Below are positions 9,512 through 16,801 of a stretch of 16,801 nucleotides of DNA, one piece after another; the first letter of the stretch is position 1, and every line of letters begins with the position of its first letter. The notes under the pieces were generated by a model. That model was not told the DNA's origin. It ran no database searches and saw only the letters and a list, made by a program, of their open reading frames with translations. Source of the stretch: a virus. Taxonomy: Duplodnaviria; Heunggongvirae; Uroviricota; Caudoviricetes. The DNA lies in IMG/VR virus record IMGVR_UViG_2531839178_000016; one strand, 5' to 3'. The translations under genes were made by a program, and so were the position numbers.

Positions 9512-9856
9512 TTAAGCCCCTGTGTGATGGTTGACTTCTTTTTCCAGCGCCTTATTAACAAAGGCGTTCAGTGATAAATCTTCTTCCATCGCCATTTCAG
9601 CGACCCGACGATGCAGTTCTGGATCAAGTCTGACGTTAAACACACCTTTAAACGGGGTATCAGGCTCCTTTCCATCCTCCACACAAGACTGTAAATACAG
9701 CTCAACCGATGTCTTAAACTCCTGTTCCAGTTCAGCTAATGTAGAAGCCTCATAAGTTACCAGGTCTCGAATAAACGCCAGTTTTCCGTACAGGATATTA
9801 TTTTCAAAATCTGGTTCTACTGTACCTAAATATCCTTTATATTTTAGATGATTCAT
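9512..9856 (-). CDS. hicB: HicB-family antitoxin (114 aa)
   Basis: N-terminal HicB fold motifs (YKGYLGTVE...FYGK...IRDLVTYEASTLAELEQEF) and C-terminal ribbon-helix-helix-like tail (FNVRLDPELHRRVAEMAMEEDLSLNAFVNKALE). Start overlaps the hicA stop (ATGA). Confidence 0.8.
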   Translation of the reverse strand: MNHLKYKGYLGTVEPDFENNILYGKLAFIRDLVTYEASTLAELEQEFKTSVELYLQSCVEDGKEPDTPFKGVFNVRLDPELHRRVAEMAMEEDLSLNAFVNKALEKEVNHHTGA

Positions 9857-10107
9857 AATACCCCAGCCTCTTTCAGATTCTGTTTAATCGCTTTCAGCGT
9901 TCCACCTTTAATATAACTTTCTGGATGTGGGCGATGCATTAATATGGTGTGGTTGATTTCAGCATTGAAAAACCGCACTCTTGAGCCCTGCATTTCCTTT
10001 TTGACATATCCCAGAGAGGAAAACAAAACGACCAACTCATCCCATTCAAACGTTTTTTTACTGTTTAAAAACTTTTCCAGTAGCTTATCTGCTTTCCCCA
10101 TACCCAC
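9853..10107 (-). CDS. hicA: HicA-family toxin (mRNA interferase), about 82-84 aa; start at GTG 10107 or ATG 10101
   Basis: C-terminal HicA signature (GSRVRFFNAEINHTILMHRPHPESYIKGGTLKAIKQNLKEAGVL). Toxin-first order with 4-bp overlap onto hicB. Confidence 0.8.
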   Translation of the reverse strand: MGMGKADKLLEKFLNSKKTFEWDELVVLFSSLGYVKKEMQGSRVRFFNAEINHTILMHRPHPESYIKGGTLKAIKQNLKEAGVL

Positions 10108-10136
10108 ATAATCTCATCTTCGCTACATTGCAACTA

Positions 10137-10165
10137 ATTATAGTTACAGGCGATGTTTTTGTCAA
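10137..10165 (-). promoter_or_regulatory. consensus sigma70 promoter for hicAB (-35 TTGACA, 17-bp spacer, -10 TATAAT)
   Basis: Minus strand reads TTGACAAAAACATCGCCTGTAACTATAAT about 30 bp upstream of the hicA start. Confidence 0.65.
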
Positions 10166-10256
10166 AAGCCACCAAGCCCGCTGGGTTCTCTTTGACTGTT
10201 CACTGCTTTTCTTAGTGTTATCAGGGGGTTCCCTCACACCAAATCTAACACAGAGT

Positions 10257-10283
10257 AACCGGCCTCAGCGCCGGTTTTTCTTT
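10257..10283 (+). terminator. orphan intrinsic terminator-like hairpin (plus strand)
   Basis: AACCGGC-CTCAGC-GCCGGTT followed by TTTCTTT. No obvious upstream plus-strand gene. Confidence 0.45.
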
Positions 10284-10730
10284 GCGCATCCTCCATAACT
10301 CACCACCTGCATTATCCTCGCTTATATTTTTTACATAAATAAATTAATCTAAAAATCAATCACATAGATTAAAATTAAATTATTAGTCTTACTATTAACT
10401 GCGATCAGTTGCGCTTATTATATTTTACCCAAGCCAGAAACATCGCGCCCTGACACAGGGCTACATAAATCAGTCGTACGGCGCGACTTAACCCGCCGCA
10501 AAATGCTCTTTAACAATCTGGAGCTTTACAGCGTCAATGACCTGTTTAGACCCCTACACGTAAACGTGCTGTATCATCGGGTGCGATCCGGTCGATGAGA
10601 GAGTATCCCCGCGCGAGAGCGAGAACGGCGTGAGAACGGGCAACACTGGCAGGAAGTTGGCGCTGACCAATACAGGGAATGTTTTGGGGTGCAGGCGGCA
10701 CCGCCAAAGCATTTCCGAGAAAGGACGATA

Positions 10731-10759
10731 TTGACTGCGTGTGATGTCGGGGCTATATT
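10731..10759 (+). promoter_or_regulatory. strong sigma70-type promoter upstream of rha (-35 TTGACT, 17-bp spacer, -10 TATATT)
   Basis: TTGACTGCGTGTGATGTCGGGGCTATATT read directly from the plus strand. Confidence 0.6.
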
Positions 10760-10819
10760 TGGCGAACACCTCATAAAACGGGTGCCGGGATTAGCACCCC
10801 GAAAGTTACTCGAGCGCAT

Positions 10820-10842
10820 AACCGCGCTGAAGCGGTTTTTTT
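10820..10842 (+). terminator. intrinsic terminator inside the rha leader, about 75 nt downstream of the predicted start site
   Basis: AACCGC-GCTGAA-GCGGTT followed by TTTTTTT. Flanked by an outer inverted repeat CGCATA...TATGCG. Confidence 0.6.
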
Positions 10843-11008
10843 ATGCGTAATGCACAGCCACATTCAAATTATGGTGAGGCGTGCGGGGCAGCCGCAAGGC
10901 TGGCCGGGTTCTCGAGTGACCGGTAGTGCTAACCCTGTGCGTCTCACCACCCATGAGATTAGCACCTCTGGTGGTGAGTTAATTAACTTATCACTTGAGG
11001 ATGTCATT

Positions 11009-11647
11009 ATGGCTACTACCCTTTCTCACCCTGACGTAACCATCGAAAATGGTCGCGCCGTCACTACTTCTATTTCGATTGCTGAGTTTTTTGGCAAGCA
11101 GCATCACCATGTTGTTCAGAAAATAGAATCCCTCGAATGCTCTGAGCAATTCTTAACCCGCAACTTTTCGCGGGTTAAATTCGAACACCGAGGCAATACC
11201 TATAACGCCTACCAAATCACCAAAAACGGCTTCGTTTTTCTGGTGATGGGCTTCACCGGCAAAAAAGCAGCTGCATTCAAGGAAGCCTACATTGCTGAAT
11301 TCGATCGCATGGAAAAACAACTATGGGAACAGAAACAACTGGCCCTGTCTTCTCCTGCGATGAATATCAATTTCCCTTTATCGTGGTTTTCAGAGCATCA
11401 CCCCTATGCCACGATGAACTATGTTGATAGAAATACATTGCAGCTTGATACCTCCGTCTTATTCGACATGCCAAGCCCTGCAATGCGCATATTTAATGAA
11501 TTACGTCGTAACGGCTATAACGTCGATGCGGCTGTCGCCGAATTTAACGCCTTCAAGCATCTGACGGAAGAAATGCGCCGTAAATTGCTGGATATTTCCT
11601 GCACATCGGAAAAGTCTTCCCGCTTTGGTTTCAACGTTAATCTTTAA
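11009..11647 (+). CDS. rha: Rha-family phage regulatory protein (212 aa)
   Basis: N-terminal Rha-type region (VTTSISIAEFFGKQHHHVVQKIESLECSEQFLTRNF...YQITKNGFVFLVMGFTGKKAAAFKEAYIAEFDRME). Start ATG at 11009 chosen for GAGG RBS at 8-nt spacing; the longer ORF from 10850 overlaps the structured leader. Confidence 0.75.
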   Translation: MATTLSHPDVTIENGRAVTTSISIAEFFGKQHHHVVQKIESLECSEQFLTRNFSRVKFEHRGNTYNAYQITKNGFVFLVMGFTGKKAAAFKEAYIAEFDRMEKQLWEQKQLALSSPAMNINFPLSWFSEHHPYATMNYVDRNTLQLDTSVLFDMPSPAMRIFNELRRNGYNVDAAVAEFNAFKHLTEEMRRKLLDISCTSEKSSRFGFNVNL

Positions 11648-11655
11648 TTAACCCC

Positions 11656-11678
11656 ATCCCCGATCACATATCGGGGAT
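11656..11678. repeat. 23-bp hairpin palindrome ATCCCCGAT-CACAT-ATCGGGGAT just after rha (weak terminator or binding site)
   Basis: 9-bp perfect stem, 5-nt loop, AT-rich flanks on both sides. The downstream T-run is imperfect. Confidence 0.4.
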
Positions 11679-11717
11679 TAAATTAAATATCTGGATTAAT
11701 TAACCGGAGGATTTGTC

Positions 11718-11783
11718 ATGCTCAAACCTCACTACGGAACCGCATTAGTTTCTCGCGAGGACGTTAAACCCCATTGCTTATGA
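11718..11783 (+). CDS. candidate micro-ORF (21 aa) with strong RBS
   Basis: GGAGG 7 nt upstream of ATG. Stop overlaps the start of the next ORF (ATGA). Confidence 0.3.
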   Translation: MLKPHYGTALVSREDVKPHCL

Positions 11784-11926
11784 GCAGCCTTTTTTTACCC
11801 AAAGAAGCCCAACTGGCACTCACTGGCGAAAAAGCTGAAGAGGCGTACAACGATTATATCTCAGCGATCGCCTATGCTCGGGCGGAAGAAGAATGGGAGA
11901 GAAAATTCTCCCCCTGTCCTTTCTGA
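11780..11926 (+). CDS. candidate small ORF (48 aa) immediately upstream of recT
   Basis: MSSLFLPKEAQLALTGEKAEEAYNDYISAIAYARAEEEWERKFSPCPF. Coupled to the preceding micro-ORF. Occupies the position of gam/kil/cIII-type small genes. Confidence 0.35.
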   Translation: MSSLFLPKEAQLALTGEKAEEAYNDYISAIAYARAEEEWERKFSPCPF

Positions 11927-11943
11927 TTTTCAGGACCAAAAAA

Positions 11944-12291
11944 ATGTTCGATATCGTTGAATTTGTTAAGCAGCAGGAGCGCTTTTTCTGCAAGGCATTA
12001 ACTGAACCGACGCTGACATGGGCGAAGGAAAGTCAGTTTGCAATTCAGCAATTCCAGAAAAATGCCTTTCTGGCTGACACAGCACGGGCAAATCTGCCCA
12101 GCGCACAGAACGCTATCATCAATGTTGCCGCCATCGGCATAACCCTGAACCCGGCCAGCAAGCTGGCGTATCTGGTCCCACGAAAAAAGGCTGTATGCCT
12201 GGATATCAGTTATATGGGGCTTCTGCATCTGGCACAGGTCACAGGAGCCATTCAGTGGGGGCAATGCAAACTTGTTTACGAGAAGGACATT
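11944..12291 (+). pseudogene. recT: recT/bet-type single-strand annealing protein, N-terminal third (3-prime part removed by IS600 at 12291/12292)
   Basis: ...NAIINVAAIGITLNPASKLAYLVPRKKAVCLDISYMGLLHLAQVTGAIQWGQCKLVYEKDI parallels the RecT N-terminal region (SAIVQCSQLGLEPGS...AYLLPFG...GYRGMIDLARRSGQI...VVREGDE). The frame runs into the IS600 end. An alternative start at 11893 is possible. Confidence 0.75.
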
Positions 12292-12334
12292 TGAGGTGTA
12301 CTGGCAATAGCGGACACTACCATTTGTTCTTTTT

Positions 12335-13153
12335 TTAAGCAGCCATCTGATGATATTTTTCCCTGAAGGCTGCCGGGGAGATATTCCCCAGACGAGAGTG
12401 ACGACGCTGACGATTGTAGAAAATCTCAATGTATTCCCGTATTACTGAGATGGCTTCATCCCGGTTATTAAAACGATAGTGGCTCAGGCTCTCATTTTTC
12501 AGCGTTCCCCAGAAGCTTTCCATCGGAGCGTTGTCGTAACAGTTACCTTTACGCGACATTGATGTTTTCAGACCAAACTGCTCCTGTATGACCCGGTAAT
12601 CGTATGCGCAGTACTGTGAACCTCGATCAGAGTGGTGGATTAGCCCGGCAGGTGGGCGCTGGCTCCTGAGCGCCATAAACAGGGCTTTACCTGTCAGCTC
12701 TTTTGTCATGCGCTCTCCCATGGCGTAGCCGACAATTTCGCACGTATAAACATCTTTGATGCCAGCGAGGTACAACCATCCCTCCTGTGTGGCAACATAC
12801 GTCAGGTCCGCCACCCAGACCTGATTTGGTGCTGTAGGAGCGAACGTCTGGTTCAGCAGATTTGGCGCAACTGGCAGATTGTGGTTCGGGTTCGTAGTCG
12901 CTCTGAACTTGCGTTTCTGCTTACAGCGTAGCCTTAGCTCCTTACGAAGACGTGCCAGTCGGTCACGACCAACGATGATGCCATTCTCTGCCAGCTCCGT
13001 CTGGAGCCGCCGGGTTCCATATGTTTCGCGAGTGCGGATATGTGCCACCTTAATCTCCAGTTTTAGCCGCTCATCACTTTGTTTTCTGTCTGAGGGTTCA
13101 TGCTGTACCCAGTTGTAATAACCGCTCCTGGATACACCAAATACCTGACACAT
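12335..13153 (-). CDS. IS600 transposase OrfB frame
   Basis: Translation identical to 4816..5634. Confidence 0.85.
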   Translation of the reverse strand: MCQVFGVSRSGYYNWVQHEPSDRKQSDERLKLEIKVAHIRTRETYGTRRLQTELAENGIIVGRDRLARLRKELRLRCKQKRKFRATTNPNHNLPVAPNLLNQTFAPTAPNQVWVADLTYVATQEGWLYLAGIKDVYTCEIVGYAMGERMTKELTGKALFMALRSQRPPAGLIHHSDRGSQYCAYDYRVIQEQFGLKTSMSRKGNCYDNAPMESFWGTLKNESLSHYRFNNRDEAISVIREYIEIFYNRQRRHSRLGNISPAAFREKYHQMAA

Positions 13154-13230
13154 CGCTTCAATGGGAAATTGTTGTCGCCATTGTTCGATTAACGCGTATT
13201 TTTCAGCGACTCCTGTGCAAAATACGCTGT

Positions 13231-14451
13231 TGTAGATTCAATCTGTCAATGCAACACCCCTTTCAATTATCTCTTTCGGTGTTTTGAACTTCAGTGTCTT
13301 TCTCGGTCTGTTGTTTAGCTGAGCAGCAACCAGATCTAGTTCATGTTGAGTATATTGGGCAAGACATGTCTTTTTAGGAAAGTACTGCCGAATTAGCCCA
13401 TTTGTGTTCTCATTTGTTCCCCGCTGCCAAGGACTCTGAGGATCGCAGAAGTAAACTTTAACGCCGGTGCTGACAGTAAATTCTAGATGTCTGGCCAGTT
13501 CCATTCCTCTGTCCCATGTCAGTGATTTTCTGAGTTCTGACGGTAAACTCAGGAATTTGTCGGTAAGAGCCTGATTTACTGAGACAGAATCTTTGCCCCT
13601 GAGTCTAAGGATGATCGTATAACGTGATTTTCGGTCTACAAGTGTGGCTATATGAGAGTTTTTTGTACCTGAGACTAAATCGCCCTCCCAATGCCCCAGA
13701 GAGCGTCTGTTATCGATATTTCGGGAACGTTCGTGAATTGGTGTTCCGTTCACTATGTTAATCGTACCTCTTTCGCCTTTGCGGGTATGACGCCTGCCAT
13801 GGCGAAGGCTATGCGACCGTCGCAGATGCTGTATATTCAGGTGGTGTAGCGCTTCACGGCTACGAAAGTACAGCGTTTTATAAATTGTCTCAGGTGATAT
13901 TCGCAGCGTTTTTTGACGTGGTTTTGTTCGCCTTAACCATCCTGATATTTGCTCTGGAGACCATTTCATCTCCAGCTTTTCCAGAACAAGCTTTCGCAAT
14001 GGTAAATTTTGATCCAGTAAGCACGGTTTCGGCCTTTTCGCCATTCTGTTGGCTCGGTTATTAGCATCAACAGCTTTGTAATAGCGTCTGCCCCGATTAC
14101 GCTGAACTTCACGTGAGATCGTCGAAGGACTGCGATTCAGCGCAGTAGCTATCGCACGAATGCTCATTTTGGCTGACAAACCAGCTCGTATCTCCTCGCG
14201 CTCAGACAGTGTCAGGTGAGCTACAGCCCGCTTACGCTCATGGGGTTTTATGCCGCCAGTATCCCTTAACATAGTGAAGATCGTTCCGGGTTTTGAACCC
14301 AGGATATTCGCTATTTCACTGAAGCCTGTTCCGTTCTTCCATAGTTCAAAAACAGAGGCTTTTTCCTCTGCTGTAAATGTTCGTCTCATTCAAAAAACCT
14401 CCGCGACCCCATGTTTTCACATAACTGTTGCGTTGACCAATTGAATCTACA
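13231..14451 (-). mobile_element. IS30 (complete, 1221 bp) nested in IS600 copy 2
   Basis: Same terminal repeats as 3518..4738. Same right-hand junction sequence (ACAGCGTATT) as copy 1. Confidence 0.95.
13238..14389 (-). CDS. insI: IS30 transposase (383 aa)
   Basis: Translation identical to 3580..4731. Confidence 0.95.
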   Translation of the reverse strand: MRRTFTAEEKASVFELWKNGTGFSEIANILGSKPGTIFTMLRDTGGIKPHERKRAVAHLTLSEREEIRAGLSAKMSIRAIATALNRSPSTISREVQRNRGRRYYKAVDANNRANRMAKRPKPCLLDQNLPLRKLVLEKLEMKWSPEQISGWLRRTKPRQKTLRISPETIYKTLYFRSREALHHLNIQHLRRSHSLRHGRRHTRKGERGTINIVNGTPIHERSRNIDNRRSLGHWEGDLVSGTKNSHIATLVDRKSRYTIILRLRGKDSVSVNQALTDKFLSLPSELRKSLTWDRGMELARHLEFTVSTGVKVYFCDPQSPWQRGTNENTNGLIRQYFPKKTCLAQYTQHELDLVAAQLNNRPRKTLKFKTPKEIIERGVALTD

Positions 14452-14659
14452 GTTGCAGAATTTCAGATTCCAGTTCAGCCACCGTGCGGGAACCAGGAGT
14501 ACCGAGTCCTTTTCTGGCGGCGGTAACCCATTGTCCTAAAGTGCCTTCAGGAAGGGATAATCGGGAAGCGCCTTCACTGATCGAAAGTTGATTTTCAAGA
14601 ACCGTTCTGACAGCTTCGGCTTTGAACTCTTTAGAGTAACGTTGGGTTTTTCTGCTCAT
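14452..14659 (-). pseudogene. IS600 orfA fragment, shortened by a 55-bp deletion next to the IS30 IRL
   Basis: OrfA reads MSRKTQ...ELESEILQL and then meets IS30. Copy 1 has a further 18 codons (RKALNEARLERDILKKAT) before IS30. Confidence 0.8.
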
Positions 14660-14859
14660 TATTAGCTCCTTCTGATGCCATTCTATTTCAGGAAGGAGTG
14701 TCCGTTAAACTCAGGCTACCTCAAAGGACCGAACAAACGAAACAGCAATGAGACCGTTGCGAAAAGCGACAATAGACAAATTCCCTGAATATATCGACCC
14801 GCGCCTGCGTAATTACCGCTCACGCTATGGCGCTATCAGTAATGACTGAGGAATTTACC

Positions 14860-15621
14860 ATGAGAGGACTTGCATACAATCCCGGCATTCTTCCGGCAGA
14901 AATGATTATTCGCCAACGCGTAAAGCCAATGCCATCGAGAGAGGAATTGCTTAAGAGAAATTCTTTTCCGTCAGTGAATCAAAAACAAATATCTGAATGC
15001 TATGTGGCGCAAAGGAGGCAAACAGTGAGCGAAATTGACTATCAGGCACTGCGTGAAAAGGCAGAGAAAGCAACGTGGGGTGTGTGGTCGCTCGAATATG
15101 GAGAGGAGAAACTTGATGCTGATGATGCGCTAATTCACCGTGAAGTTGTTGGATATCTTCCTATTTGCAGAATTGAAGGAGCGCATCCTGAAAGCGGTTT
15201 CGATGAAGATTTCCAAATGGAACAGCAGGCCAATGCTGAATTCATCGCCGCAGCCAATCCGGCTACTGTGCTGACACTGCTGAGCGAGCTGGAAACAGCA
15301 AAAAAGCGCATAGCAGAACTGGAAGCCAAACCTGTAAGCCAGACTTACAAGTTGAATGAGATGTCGGGCAACTCTCCGGTAATTCCGGATGGTTGGATAA
15401 GCTGTAGTGATCGAATGCCTGAAAAGGGCCAGAACGTACTTATTTCGGTGAATTTCGATAGCTCTCTGGTTGAACCGCTAATATGCTCCGCACGCTATAC
15501 CGGAGGTACATTCCGGCGTGGAGATGTAACGGTTAAGCCAGGTAATGGTATTGAACAGGCAACCCACTGGATAGACTGGCCCCCTGAATCTCCAGACAAC
15601 CAGTATCACTTAAATAAGTGA
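14860..15621 (+). CDS. Ead/Ea22-like phage protein with C-terminal DUF551-like domain; native C-terminus replaced by IS2-derived codons
   Basis: Ea22-like motifs ([40 protein letters not shown]) then a DUF551-like segment ([20 protein letters not shown]...ATHW). IS2 begins at 15573, so the last 16 codons are IS-derived. GAGGA RBS before ATG 14860; alternative start at 14827. Confidence 0.6.
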
Positions 15622-15762
15622 TAGTCTTAATACTAGTTTTTAGACTAGTCATTGGAGTACAGATGATTGATGTCTTAGGGCCGGAGAAACGCAGACGGCG
15701 TACCACACAGGAAAAGATCGCAATTGTTCAGCAGAGCTTTGAACCGGGGATGACGGTCTCCC
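15573..15762 (+). mobile_element. IS2 left end (190 bp), interrupted by an IS629-like element
   Basis: TAGACTGGCCCCCTGAATCTCCAGACAACC... matches the recalled IS2 left terminal region. Followed by the insC start [34 protein letters not shown]. Confidence 0.85.
15663..15762 (+). pseudogene. insC: IS2 orfA (InsC) N-terminal fragment, 33 codons
   Basis: Matches the recalled IS2 InsC N-terminus and then diverges at 15763, where the IS629 terminal repeat TGAACCGCCCCGGGTTTCCTGG begins. Confidence 0.85.
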
Positions 15763-15804
15763 TGAACCGCCCCGGGTTTCCTGGAGAGTGTTTTATCTGT
15801 GAAC

Positions 15805-16687
<883 letters not shown>

Positions 16688-16691
<4 letters not shown>

Positions 16692-16801
16692 TTTTTCCAG
16701 AGGCGGTCGAACTCCGCCTTCGCAAAATAAGCGGAAGCCTGGCGAAGGATATCGTTACTGCGGCGCAGTTCACGATTTTCACGCTCCAGCTCTTTCAGAC
16801 G
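16688..16801 (-). CDS. IS629 orfA C-terminal part (partial at window edge)
   Basis: Minus-strand translation ...[37 protein letters not shown] with the A-run frameshift motif (GGAAAAAATGATG) at the orfA/orfB overlap. Confidence 0.8.

Larger units (their letters stand above)
12292..14723 (-). mobile_element. IS600 copy 2 carrying nested IS30 (composite, 2432 bp; 55 bp shorter than copy 1)
   Basis: Same terminal sequences as copy 1 in reverse orientation. Identical orfB and IS30 transposase translations. Confidence 0.9.

Noticed and set aside
9358-9755. ORFs 9358..9561 (minus) and 9531..9755 (plus)
   Set aside because: The first spans the bidirectional terminator; the second is antisense to hicB.
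10554-10819. Minus-strand ORFs of 71 and 81 aa in the GC-rich region upstream of rha
   Set aside because: Cys/Arg/Pro-rich low-complexity translations overlapping the predicted promoter and terminator; no start context.
10850-11008. N-terminal extension of the rha ORF from 10850
   Set aside because: Overlaps the terminator and structured leader, has no RBS, and Rha-family homology begins near the ATG at 11009.
11998-12429. 143-aa minus-strand ORF spanning the recT N-terminal fragment and the IS600 end
   Set aside because: Chimeric across the IS boundary and antisense to recT.

Overview
This window is the early region of a lambdoid prophage from an enterobacterium (E. coli/Shigella-like), heavily colonised by insertion sequences. 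Phage content: a recombination module (exo plus a recT/bet-type annealing gene), an immunity region (lambda-like cI repressor divergent from a cro-like gene, with back-to-back promoters), a hicAB toxin-antitoxin moron next to cI, an rha-family regulator behind a structured leader, an SF2 DEAH helicase module with two small unknown genes, and an Ea22-like/DUF551 gene. IS content: three IS30 copies (one cut by the window edge), one IS911 remnant, two inverted IS600 copies each carrying IS30 at the same site, an IS2 fragment and an IS629-like element. The main finding is that recT is split by IS600 and its two halves now lie on opposite strands at the outer/inner edges of the two IS600 copies, which indicates an IS600-mediated inversion of about 6.6 kb (5678..12291). 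Undoing it restores canonical lambdoid gene order. No tRNA, rRNA or CRISPR array was seen. All calls come from reading the sequence and recalled protein/IS families; no searches were run.
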